IMG/VR virus record: IMGVR_UViG_3300015063_000004
Location: 327 to 64,326 of that record
Reading direction: 5' to 3' (one strand)
Source of the DNA: a virus
DNA: 64,000 nt
A program made the position numbers and the translations under genes. A model generated the notes under the pieces. That model searched no databases. It was not told where the DNA came from and saw nothing but the letters and a program-made list of their open reading frames with translations. Of the stretch, positions 8,546-17,249 are shown one piece after another (within the stretch, counting starts at the first letter, position 1; every line of letters begins with the position of its first letter).

Positions 8546-8579
8546 GAACCGCCGCCGGGTTGGCCCCTGGCGGCGGTTC
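8546..8579 (+). terminator. Strong hairpin (terminator or attenuator candidate)
   Basis: Perfect 11-bp IR GAACCGCCGCC/GGCGGCGGTTC followed by ATTTT. Confidence 0.45.
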
Positions 8580-8628
8580 ATTTTCGCCCTGGCGAGGGGC
8601 TAACCATGCGGAGGAAGGGGAACACGCT

Positions 8629-9123
8629 ATGGCTTCCCAAGAAATAGGCAATCCGAGCCGAAAAGGCAAGCGGCAACCCGCGCCTTTGAGTGACACGCAA
8701 GTGAACTCAATCGCGGGGGAAATAGTGGCTCTTATCCATGACCGGAAAACCGCATCTGGCGTCCGCATGAACGAGTTAAAGCAGGTTCTTGCGGTCGAAT
8801 TTGGGCGACGGCACGGCTGGAAATGGTGCCCCGATAGTTACGGCGCGCAGCACCTATTCGGCAAGCGCCCTCAATACCATCGTCGCATCCGCCCTCCCCA
8901 TAACGACCACGCAAGCGGCTACCGCATCAGTCGGCTGCCCGTCGCTATCGTCAGCCAGCCTTATCCGGCAGGCAAACCCGGCGACAATGCGTGGATCGAC
9001 ACAATGCGTTTGTGGGCGGCGCAGCACGGCCTTGTCCTTTCCTTCCCCAATTTTCCCAGCTGGTGGTATCCGGGCTGGACGCGCCTTTGCGTGTTTACGC
9101 TGCCGGAGAACGCCGTTCGGTGA
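8629..9123 (+). CDS. Hypothetical protein
   Basis: SD AAGGGG, GTGA overlap with the primase gene. Confidence 0.6.
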   Translation: MASQEIGNPSRKGKRQPAPLSDTQVNSIAGEIVALIHDRKTASGVRMNELKQVLAVEFGRRHGWKWCPDSYGAQHLFGKRPQYHRRIRPPHNDHASGYRISRLPVAIVSQPYPAGKPGDNAWIDTMRLWAAQHGLVLSFPNFPSWWYPGWTRLCVFTLPENAVR

Positions 9124-11423
9124 CAGACCTTTCGTCCGACCCGGCCGCTATTGAGCAATTTGTCGCGTCGCTATTCCGCTACGCCGATCCCGAGACGTTC
9201 ATTTCCCTCCGCACGTTTGACCAGCATGAGCGCGGAGGCGCAGCGGTCGCAATCGAGGGTGTCCGCGTAGGATCGGACCCGCGTGCCTTGGCCGGCAGGA
9301 TCACCAAGGCAGCCACCAAGGCGGCCAATATCGCCCCGCCAACCGTATTCGCCCCGCCCGTCGCGACCTTTGCAGGTCCGACCAAGGCGGCCACGGCTGA
9401 CCTAGCCAACGGGGTCGCAATCAGCGTTGAAATCGACACAGGCGACACCGCTGCCAAACGCCGCCGCCTCGAACACCTTCTCGGCCCGGTTACGGTGGCC
9501 GTCCATTCCGGCGGGGAGTGGACCGATCCGCAAACCGGGGAAATCCACCCCAAAGCCCATCTGCACTGGCGTCTATCGGAACCAACGCGCGAACCGGCCG
9601 ATCACGAAAAGCTGCGGCTCGCCCGCAAACTCGCCGCGCTGTTGGTGGATGCGGACGCCACCGCAGCCCCGCCCGTCCACCCCCTCCGCTGGCCTGGGTC
9701 GTGGAACCTGAAAGCGTCGCCCCGGCTCGCCACCATCGCGGCCGGCAACCCCGCGTCGGAAGTCCATCTTGAGGACGTGCTAGAGCGGCTACAGGAGGCC
9801 GTGGAGGCTGCCGGGGTCGGTGGCGTCAGTTCCGCCCCAAGAACCCCGGGCACGCCGCAGGCTCCCGTCGCCGCCCTTGCCTCGGCCATCCTGGCAATCC
9901 CCAATCCCGACCTATCCTGGGACGATTGGAACCGGATGGGAATGGCGATGTGGCGTGCCAGCGATGGTTGCCTGGAAGGGCTGCACGCATGGCAGGAGTG
10001 GTCCGCGAAATCCGCCAAGCACCACGACGCAACCTGCGTAGACCGATGGCACCATTTCACCATCTCGCCCCCTACCAAGATCGGGGCCGGCACTATTTTC
10101 CTTGAGGCCGGGCGCAACGGGTGGGAGCGGCACAGCAGCGATCCCCCGCCGGATATTGACGATCCTGGCTACCATGCCGCCATCGACCAAGCGGCCATGT
10201 CGGCCGGGGAATGGGCCGAGTTAGAGCAACGGGAGACTGGCACAGCCATCCCCGCGTCGCCGGAAGCCAAGGCGCAAGCCGGCAAGAACCTGCTCTGGCG
10301 TATCGACCAGCCGTGGGCCGAACAAGACATCCCGCTGCGGCCGTGGATCGCACGCGGATACCTCATGCGCCGATCCATCACGGTGGTCTCCGGTGCCGGT
10401 TCCGCAGGCAAATCAAGCCTTATGGTGGCGTGGGCAACCGCGCTCGCAATCGGCTGTAAATTCCACGGCTTACGGTCCAATGATCCAGTTCGCGTCGCAA
10501 CATACAACGTAGAGGATGACGGCGATGAACAGAAACGCCGCTTCTCCGCGATGTTGCAGCAATTGGAATGTCGCCACGATGCGCTAGGTGGCCGATTGGT
10601 GATCCTAGGACCGTCCCGCGTCGGCACGCTCCTACACACAACCCGAGACGGCGCGTTGCTCGTAAATACCCCCGTCATGGATGAACTGGAACAGTTCACA
10701 ATTGACTTTAAGCCTGACGTGCTAATCCTTGACCCTTTTGTGGAATTGCACGCCGCAGAGGAAAACGACAATACCGCCGTGCGCGCTGTAATGGCACGGT
10801 TTCGCGCAATGGCAATCGACCATGACCTTGCGCTCGTCCTGCTCCACCATTCCCGCAAAGGCGGCACCGACCCGGGCGATCCTGACAGCCTGCGGGGGGC
10901 ATCGGCCATTGTCGGGGCTGCCAGGGTCGCGTTGACCCTCAACGTGATGACACCGGAGGAAGCCGATACCGCCGGTATCCACAAAGACAAGCGCCGCAAT
11001 TACTTCCGGCTCGACGGCGCGAAAAACAACTACGCGCCAATAGAAGAAGCCGAATGGTTTGAGCGGCTTGAACGAAAACTCTCAAACGGCACTGAAACTG
11101 ATGGGGATGGCGTGGCCGTGGTCTGGCCGTGGAAGCCAGCCTCGCCATTCCGTGATCTTCCTACGCACGACATAAACCAAATCCTGGACCAAATCGCAGC
11201 CGCCGCACCGGACAATCTCTACGCCCCGGTTCGCAAAGGCCGCGACAATACGCGCTGGTGCGGCAACCTGCTGGTGCAGCACTGTGGCCTGACGCCAGGA
11301 CAGGCGAAAACCATCATCGACCAGTGGCTCCGCTCGGGCTTGCTTGCCACCGTTGAGTTCCGAAACGCGCATCGGGAACAACGGGCCGGGGTCGTCGTCG
11401 TGGACACGCACCGACCAAAATGA
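9120..11423 (+). CDS. Primase-helicase (RepB-like primase, PriCT-2-like domain, RepA/AAA_25-type helicase)
   Basis: EIDTGD...HSGG...HLHWRL; WDDWNRMGMA...WQEWS; GAGSAGKSS, LILDPF, LHHSRK, LRGASAI. Confidence 0.85.
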   Translation: MTDLSSDPAAIEQFVASLFRYADPETFISLRTFDQHERGGAAVAIEGVRVGSDPRALAGRITKAATKAANIAPPTVFAPPVATFAGPTKAATADLANGVAISVEIDTGDTAAKRRRLEHLLGPVTVAVHSGGEWTDPQTGEIHPKAHLHWRLSEPTREPADHEKLRLARKLAALLVDADATAAPPVHPLRWPGSWNLKASPRLATIAAGNPASEVHLEDVLERLQEAVEAAGVGGVSSAPRTPGTPQAPVAALASAILAIPNPDLSWDDWNRMGMAMWRASDGCLEGLHAWQEWSAKSAKHHDATCVDRWHHFTISPPTKIGAGTIFLEAGRNGWERHSSDPPPDIDDPGYHAAIDQAAMSAGEWAELEQRETGTAIPASPEAKAQAGKNLLWRIDQPWAEQDIPLRPWIARGYLMRRSITVVSGAGSAGKSSLMVAWATALAIGCKFHGLRSNDPVRVATYNVEDDGDEQKRRFSAMLQQLECRHDALGGRLVILGPSRVGTLLHTTRDGALLVNTPVMDELEQFTIDFKPDVLILDPFVELHAAEENDNTAVRAVMARFRAMAIDHDLALVLLHHSRKGGTDPGDPDSLRGASAIVGAARVALTLNVMTPEEADTAGIHKDKRRNYFRLDGAKNNYAPIEEAEWFERLERKLSNGTETDGDGVAVVWPWKPASPFRDLPTHDINQILDQIAAAAPDNLYAPVRKGRDNTRWCGNLLVQHCGLTPGQAKTIIDQWLRSGLLATVEFRNAHREQRAGVVVVDTHRPK

Positions 11424-11438
11424 GGCAATTCTAGAAAA

Positions 11439-11602
11439 TGATATGCGGCGGAATGTGCGGCGTGATATACGGCGAACGGTTCGGCAACGGACCAATTGCC
11501 GTATATCACCCCCCCCCCTCTTAAGAGGGGGGAGGGGTGTATGATATACGGCAAGGTAATTGGTTCTTGCCGTGCCCGAGGCATGATGTGCGGCAATACG
11601 GC
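11439..11602. repeat. Iteron-like repeats around a homopolymer palindrome (putative replication origin)
   Basis: TGATATACGGC at 11463, 11498 (inverted) and 11542; variants at 11439, 11452, 11584; CCCCCCTCTTAAGAGGGGGG at 11513-11532. Confidence 0.6.
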
Positions 11603-11616
11603 AAAAGGAGCGTGCG

Positions 11617-11871
11617 GTGGAAATCAAAATTGAGTTCAAAGGCCAAACCTACCGGCTGACCAAGTCCGTCCCGTTCGTCTTCGGGATTGACCGCGAAAGC
11701 ATAGCCTGCGAGTGGACATCGAACTGTCCCGATTGTCAGGCCGAGTTCACGTTCAAAAATGGTCCGACACTGCAAATGGACCGGATCAGGCGACGATGCG
11801 ATGATTGCAAAGCGCCCGGCAAACGCGTCCCAAAAACGCGCCCCTTGCAAACCGCCCCGCGCTTCGGGTAG
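11617..11871 (+). CDS. Small zinc-finger protein
   Basis: CPDC and CDDC; SD AAGGAG. Confidence 0.65.
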   Translation: MEIKIEFKGQTYRLTKSVPFVFGIDRESIACEWTSNCPDCQAEFTFKNGPTLQMDRIRRRCDDCKAPGKRVPKTRPLQTAPRFG

Positions 11872-11874
11872 CGT
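11845..11874 (+). promoter_or_regulatory. Candidate terminase promoter, predicted leaderless
   Basis: TTGCAA-18 bp-TAGCGT, ATG 6 nt later, no SD. Confidence 0.45.
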
Positions 11875-11880
11875 CGGGGC

Positions 11881-12411
11881 ATGAGCGAGGTCGTGGAACG
11901 CGCAAGGCATCCTGGCGGGCGGCCAACGCTCTACCGCGACGTGTTCCCAGAACAGGCTTTCAAACTCGCGCTGCTCGGGGCTGATGATACCGAATTGGCA
12001 GATTTCTTCGGGGTGGTCGTCTCCACGATCTCGAATTGGAAAGTAGAGTATCCCGAGTTTATGGAAGCCATCGCGCGCGGAAAGGTTCAAGCCGACGCGG
12101 AAGTGGCTGAAAAGCTTTATCATCGCGCCAAGGGCTATTCGCATCCCGAGGTTCACGTTTCCAACTTTCAGGGCGATATCACGCTCACGCACCTGACCAA
12201 GCACTATCCGCCCGACACGCACGCTGCGTCGTTGTGGTTGCGTAATCGGCAGGGGTGGCGCTGGAAGGACAAGCAAAACGTTGAGACGGCCACGCTCGGC
12301 GCGGACGGGAAGCCGATTGACCCTCGGCCGCTGACTGCGGAGGAACGCGAGGCGCGGGCGCAGGCGCTGCTGAGCAAGGCGGCGCGGTTGCCGGCATCAA
12401 GTGTCGGCTGA
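11881..12411 (+). CDS. terS: Terminase small subunit
   Basis: GRPTLY...ELADFFGVVVSTISNWK...F.EAI.RGK; directly upstream of TerL. Confidence 0.88.
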   Translation: MSEVVERARHPGGRPTLYRDVFPEQAFKLALLGADDTELADFFGVVVSTISNWKVEYPEFMEAIARGKVQADAEVAEKLYHRAKGYSHPEVHVSNFQGDITLTHLTKHYPPDTHAASLWLRNRQGWRWKDKQNVETATLGADGKPIDPRPLTAEEREARAQALLSKAARLPASSVG

Positions 12412-13960
12412 CCCGTTCGCGGACGTGCTGCGGCAGTTTACGCCGCTGGTGATGCCAACGGCTGCGCAACTGGCGCAACTGCCCGAGCGCGAGTTTCTCG
12501 AAATCGAGGCGTATATCGAGGAGCGGGACCGGCTGGCTAAGGCGAGCAAGTTCTACCAGCTATACCCTGAGCATGGGCCGTTGCGGCGGGAGTTATACGC
12601 CAAGCACTGCCAGTTTTTCGCAGCGTCGGCCGATCACTCGGAACTGGCGCTAATAGCGGCGAACCGCTCCGGCAAGACAATGGCGGCGTGCTATGCGCTC
12701 GTTGCGCATTTGACCGGGCATTATCCGCCGTGGTGGACGGGGCGCCGGTTCAATCGTCCGATTATGGCCTGGGCGAGCGGCGTTGATACCAAGTCACTGC
12801 GCGAAAGCCTGCAGCCGCTGTTGCTGGGGCAGCCGGGCGCATTCGGGACGGGGTTGATACCGGGCAAGTTGCTGGTTGGCACGACGGCGCGTTCTGGTGT
12901 GCCGGAAGCGGTCGATACCGTGTCGATCATGCACGCGACGGGCGCGAAAAGCCGTCTCGTATTCAAAACGTATGACCAAGGGCGTGAAAGCTTCCAGGCG
13001 TCGCAGGTCGATGTGGTGATGTTCGATGAGGAACCACCGATTGCGATCTACAGCGAAGGCCTGACACGCACGATGTCCACGGTGCCGGGCGAGCCGTCCG
13101 GGCTGGTGCTGTGTTCGTTCACGCCGTTGCTTGGGCTGTCTGGCGTCGTGCTGTCGTTCATGCCGGGCAGCGAGCGGATCGAGGGCGGTCTGGCCGGCGG
13201 CAAGCATGTTACGTGGATCGAGTGGTCAGAGGTCGCGCATCTGTCCGATGCGGACAAGGAGCGGCTGTCGGCTGCCTATCTGCCGCATGAGCGCGAGGCC
13301 CGAACCAAAGGGATTCCGTCCCTTGGCGCTGGTGCGATCTATCCGGTGCCAGAGGATGATATTATTTGCGATCCGTTTGAGATACCGTCCTATTTCCGCC
13401 ACGTTTATGCTCTCGACGTTGGGTGGAACCGCACCGCGTGTCTGTGGGGCGCATACGATTACGAGACGGATTGCCTTTATTTGTATTCGGAATACTACCG
13501 TGGGCAGGCTGAGCCTGCGGTTCACGCGCAGGCGATCCAGTCGCGGGGTAAATGGATACCAGGGGTTGTCGATCCTGCGGCGCGGGGGCGTGCCTCGACC
13601 GACGGGGAGCAACTGTTGGCGACGTATAGCAGCCTCGGGTTGGTGCTGACGCCGGCCAATAACGCGGTCGAGATGGGTATTTACGAGGTATGGTCGCGGC
13701 TATCGACTGGGCGGATAAAGGTTTTCAAAACGTTGCAGAATTTCCGGCAGGAGTATCGGATTTACCGGCGCGACGAAAAGGGAAAGATCGTGAAGGAAAA
13801 CGATCATTTGATGGATGATTTGCGCTACCTGTGCATGTCGGGCATCGACCTATCCGCGCCGCGTCCGGCCGAGTTGTGGCCCGAACGGCGGCGCTTTCCG
13901 GCAACGCAGCGCGCGCAGGAGTATAGTCCGATGGCTGCGGCGTATGAGGTGGGGCGATGA
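12401..13960 (+). CDS. terL: Terminase large subunit (P22-like)
   Basis: AANRSGKT, MFDEEPP, ALDVGW, DPAA, DHLMDDLRY. Confidence 0.93.
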   Translation: MSADPFADVLRQFTPLVMPTAAQLAQLPEREFLEIEAYIEERDRLAKASKFYQLYPEHGPLRRELYAKHCQFFAASADHSELALIAANRSGKTMAACYALVAHLTGHYPPWWTGRRFNRPIMAWASGVDTKSLRESLQPLLLGQPGAFGTGLIPGKLLVGTTARSGVPEAVDTVSIMHATGAKSRLVFKTYDQGRESFQASQVDVVMFDEEPPIAIYSEGLTRTMSTVPGEPSGLVLCSFTPLLGLSGVVLSFMPGSERIEGGLAGGKHVTWIEWSEVAHLSDADKERLSAAYLPHEREARTKGIPSLGAGAIYPVPEDDIICDPFEIPSYFRHVYALDVGWNRTACLWGAYDYETDCLYLYSEYYRGQAEPAVHAQAIQSRGKWIPGVVDPAARGRASTDGEQLLATYSSLGLVLTPANNAVEMGIYEVWSRLSTGRIKVFKTLQNFRQEYRIYRRDEKGKIVKENDHLMDDLRYLCMSGIDLSAPRPAELWPERRRFPATQRAQEYSPMAAAYEVGR

Positions 13961-14163
13961 AACTGACGCACTGGAACGGTCGGCCGTTGGAGCAACTGCG
14001 GCACGTCGAGCTAATCGAAGCGGTGCAGGAGCTATCGGCGCAGCTTGGCGCGCACAAGGCCGGCGCGGTGCCTCTGGTGCGTGGGGCGCTGTCGTATGCG
14101 CCCGATCCTGCCGAGTATCAGCCGGGGCCTGCTGGCCGGATGCGGAAGGGAGCGCGGGTGTGA
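13957..14163 (+). CDS. Hypothetical protein
   Basis: ATGA coupling with terL. Confidence 0.55.
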   Translation: MKLTHWNGRPLEQLRHVELIEAVQELSAQLGAHKAGAVPLVRGALSYAPDPAEYQPGPAGRMRKGARV

Positions 14164-14165
14164 GC

Positions 14166-14408
14166 ATGTTCTGGCGTCCTGTGGCGTGCCGTTTTGGTGG
14201 CGGTGGTGGCGGCGCATCTCCGCCTCCGGTGCCGCCTGTGCCGCCCGCTGCACCGGCTCCCACGTTTGCGTCGTCGCAGGTGGGCGCGGCTGGGGCGACG
14301 CAGCGCGCCAAGGCGGGAGCGATTGCGGGCGGGTTTGGCGGGACGGATTTGACGGGGCCGGCTGGGCTGGTTGATCCGAACAAGGCCGGCAGGTCGCTGC
14401 TGGGATGA
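14166..14408 (+). CDS. Small Gly/Pro/Ala-rich pre-portal protein
   Basis: Low-complexity protein ending SLLG, typical of genes just before podovirus portals. Confidence 0.65.
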   Translation: MFWRPVACRFGGGGGGASPPPVPPVPPAAPAPTFASSQVGAAGATQRAKAGAIAGGFGGTDLTGPAGLVDPNKAGRSLLG

Positions 14409-14617
14409 GCGATTACCCAACTCTGGACCGTCTAGTAACCCGTATCATGCGAGGTGGCGGCGCCGATCCGGCGTTATGGCAGGTATCGCAGGAAGATTAC
14501 GAATTGGCCGACCGCGAACTGGCAGAACAGCGCAAACGGGCGGGAATGCCGGTGCTTCATAGCGGCGAGAATGGCGGTTTGATGCTGTGCGGTCGCGGGT
14601 TGGAAGTGGTGCGATGA
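14405..14617 (+). CDS. Hypothetical protein
   Basis: ATGA overlaps at both ends. Confidence 0.55.
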   Translation: MSDYPTLDRLVTRIMRGGGADPALWQVSQEDYELADRELAEQRKRAGMPVLHSGENGGLMLCGRGLEVVR

Positions 14618-16479
14618 GCGACGCGCCCGCCACCGACTACCAAGAGCGTCGCCGCAAGGGTTCGTCGCCGATCGACGGGTCATCGGCTGCTCGCCTAGCG
14701 CGGCAGCCGGCGCGGCCGAAGCCGGCGCGGCGTGCGGCTGACCCCGACTGGAAGCGCATGCGCGGCCACGTCGAGGCGCGGCTCAACATGCTGCGGTCGT
14801 GGCGACTGTCGTGGATGCAGCACTGGCAATTGCTAGAGGCGTATATCCTGCCGAGGCGCGGTGCGTTCATCAATACGTCGATGCCCACGCCAAACACGAT
14901 GATCCGTGGTGCGGTCATCAACCAAAACATCCTCGATCCGACCGGCACGCAGGCGATGCGGATTTGTGCGGCTGGGCTGATGAGCGGCCTCATGTCGCCG
15001 GGGCGGCCGTGGTTCAAGCTGAAGCCGGCGCTGTTTCCGCGCGATCAGGCCGACGCTGCGGCTGCTGCGTGGTTTGAGGAGGTCGAGGACCGGCTGTATC
15101 AGGTGATGGCGCGCAGCAATTTCTATGACGCTGGCGCGCAGATGTTTGAGGATTTGACGGTCTTTGGGACCGCGCCTGAGTTGATTTACGAGGATGATCG
15201 GGACGTTATCCGGTGCTATACGGCGTGCCCGGGCGAGTATTTCCTGGCGGTCGGGCCGGATGGCCGGATCAATGGGCTGTATCGGATGTTCGTGTGGACT
15301 GTCGCACAGATGGTGGAGTTCTTCGAGTTGGAGAACTGCCCGCGCGACGTGCAGGAATTGTGGAGGTCGAAGGGCGCGAGCCTTGAAATTGAGAAGATCG
15401 TTGCGCACGCGCTGGAACCTAATTTCCCGATAGCTGAGGGGAGTGGCAGCGAGGTCGGCGTTGTGCCGGGTGGGTTCGCGTGGCGCGAGTGCTATTGGGT
15501 GTGGGGTGCAGCGAGCGATTGGCCGCTGGCGATGTCGGGGTTCAATGAGCCGCCGCACGTTTGCCCGCGGTGGGCGACGACGAGCAATGATCCTTATGGG
15601 CGCTCGGCTGGAATGGACGTGCTGCAAGATATCATGCAGTTGCAGGTCGAGACCGGGCGCAAGGCTGAAGCGATCCAAAAGATGGTTCGGCCGCCGATGT
15701 TGGCCAGCATTGCGCTCAAGAACGAGCCTACGTCCACGATCCCGGGCGGCATTACGTTCGTGGCGCAACTTGGACCGGAGCAGGGGATGCGGCCGGTTTA
15801 CACGGTCAATCCTGAAATCCGTGAGATGATGGAGGATTTGAAGGAAATCCAGACGCGGATTAAGACCGGGTTTTTCAACGATCTGTTTCTGATGATCGCG
15901 GAAGCCGGGAAGGACATGACGGCGTATGAGGTCGCACAGCGGCAGCAGGAGAAGCTGCAAGTGCTGGGACCGATTACGGAGCGTTGGCAGAACGAATTTG
16001 GCTCGCCTGCGATCAAGCGCATTTTTCGCATCATGGAGCGGAAGGGGCTGTTGCCGCCGCTGCCGCAGTCGTTGCATGGGGTGCCGCTGGGGATTGAGTA
16101 TGTGTCGCTGCTGGCGATGGCGCAGCGTGTGGCGGCGACGGCGAGTATGGAGCGGTTTGCGCAGGTCACGGGCAACCTGGCTGGGATTTATCCCGAGGCT
16201 CGGGCGATGTTGAAGCCGGGGCCATTTCTGCGCGAATATGGGCAGTTGATCGGGGTTCCGTCGACGGTGATGGGGACGGACGATGATGTGATGGCGGCGA
16301 TGCAAGCCATCCAGAAGCAGCAGCAGATGGCGCAGGCGGCGCAGCTTGGGGCTACGGCGGTGCAGGGCGCGCAGCAGTTGTCGCAGACGGATGTGGGCGG
16401 GGGCGTCAATGCCTTGCAGGTGGCGTTGGGGCGTGGTGGCGGCGGTGGATCGCCGCCGGCTGCGGCGAACGCGGCATGA
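14614..16479 (+). CDS. Portal (head-to-tail connector), T7/BPP-1-like
   Basis: LAAGLMSG...PWF-type motif, DLTVFGT, PYGRS, MTAYEVAQRQQEKLQVLGP, IEYVSLLAMAQ. Confidence 0.93.
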   Translation: MSDAPATDYQERRRKGSSPIDGSSAARLARQPARPKPARRAADPDWKRMRGHVEARLNMLRSWRLSWMQHWQLLEAYILPRRGAFINTSMPTPNTMIRGAVINQNILDPTGTQAMRICAAGLMSGLMSPGRPWFKLKPALFPRDQADAAAAAWFEEVEDRLYQVMARSNFYDAGAQMFEDLTVFGTAPELIYEDDRDVIRCYTACPGEYFLAVGPDGRINGLYRMFVWTVAQMVEFFELENCPRDVQELWRSKGASLEIEKIVAHALEPNFPIAEGSGSEVGVVPGGFAWRECYWVWGAASDWPLAMSGFNEPPHVCPRWATTSNDPYGRSAGMDVLQDIMQLQVETGRKAEAIQKMVRPPMLASIALKNEPTSTIPGGITFVAQLGPEQGMRPVYTVNPEIREMMEDLKEIQTRIKTGFFNDLFLMIAEAGKDMTAYEVAQRQQEKLQVLGPITERWQNEFGSPAIKRIFRIMERKGLLPPLPQSLHGVPLGIEYVSLLAMAQRVAATASMERFAQVTGNLAGIYPEARAMLKPGPFLREYGQLIGVPSTVMGTDDDVMAAMQAIQKQQQMAQAAQLGATAVQGAQQLSQTDVGGGVNALQVALGRGGGGGSPPAAANAA

Positions 16480-16832
16480 GCATGGACCTGAGCGAACGCG
16501 AGGCTGCTGGTCATTGCGATCATTGGCTTGGCATGGCTGCGGACTGCGCGCGTGCTGCCGTGACGGACATGCGGGCGCCGTTGCGGGTTGTTCCGGCGCT
16601 GAAATGCGCGCAGGAGGCGGCGCGTGGGATTGGGCTGCTGCGTAGCGACGAGCGGTGGCTGTCGGTGGCGCGTGGGTTGCAGCCGCTGATTGATCTCGGG
16701 CAGCCGAAGGGGTGGCGGCCGTATGATCTACGGTGGGCGCAGATGGGGGCGCATCTGGATCGGGTGCGGGCGCTGGTGGTTAGGGAGTTTGGCGCGGCTC
16801 GGACTGGGGCGGTGCAGGTGGTATCTCGTTGA
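16476..16832 (+). CDS. Hypothetical protein
   Basis: ATGA coupling with portal. Confidence 0.65.
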   Translation: MSMDLSEREAAGHCDHWLGMAADCARAAVTDMRAPLRVVPALKCAQEAARGIGLLRSDERWLSVARGLQPLIDLGQPKGWRPYDLRWAQMGAHLDRVRALVVREFGAARTGAVQVVSR

Positions 16833-17068
16833 CATGTGAAGCACCTAAACTCCTGCGCGTGCCTAGGAGATTTACGAGCATCGGGGATGTATTGGGATGC
16901 GCTGGTCAGATGGACCTACCGAACGTGATGGTTCTGGCAGAACTCGAAGACGGCTCGGTGGTATTTCTGACATCATCTGACCATACTTTGGCATCGGCGA
17001 ATTGGCTTTTGGATCGCGCGAAGGGAGTGCTATCGTCTAGCGGTGGAGGTTTGGGGTTGGTCGAATGA
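16829..17068 (+). CDS. Hypothetical protein
   Basis: TTG start overlapping the upstream stop. Confidence 0.5.
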   Translation: MTCEAPKLLRVPRRFTSIGDVLGCAGQMDLPNVMVLAELEDGSVVFLTSSDHTLASANWLLDRAKGVLSSSGGGLGLVE

Positions 17069-17114
17069 AGATGTTTTATGCAGATAGGTGGGGAATGATC
17101 CAACGAATGACCTA

Positions 17115-17226
17115 GGGACATTCGCGCAAGGCTTGCCTCTCTAACTCGGACCTCCTGCGGTCTCTTGGGTCCGAGGGTGGGCAAACCCGCTTCCCGTAAA
17201 TACTCACGGGTAAGGCAAGCCATCCC
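17115..17226. ncRNA. Candidate structured RNA (four-way junction), unassigned
   Basis: Outer 9-bp stem 17130-38/17213-21 enclosing stems 17145-52/17168-75, 17177-81/17186-90 and 17193-97/17206-10. Confidence 0.45.
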
Positions 17227-17249
17227 TTTTTGGAATCATCGGGGGCTAC

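Noticed and set aside
11439-11602. CRISPR or mini-array
   Set aside because: Repeats are 11 bp, irregularly spaced and in both orientations; no cas genes
14833-16305. 490-aa antisense ORF (also 38202-39842, 57078-58016, 60686-61693, 17268-17948)
   Set aside because: Shadow frames of clear genes in high-GC DNA; Arg/His-rich and without motifs
17115-17226. tRNA or c-di-GMP-I riboswitch
   Set aside because: No T-loop GTTCRA, D-loop or CCA. GGCAAACC...GCAAGCC resembles GEMM only superficially; the GNRA loop and GGGACGCAAAGCC core are missing
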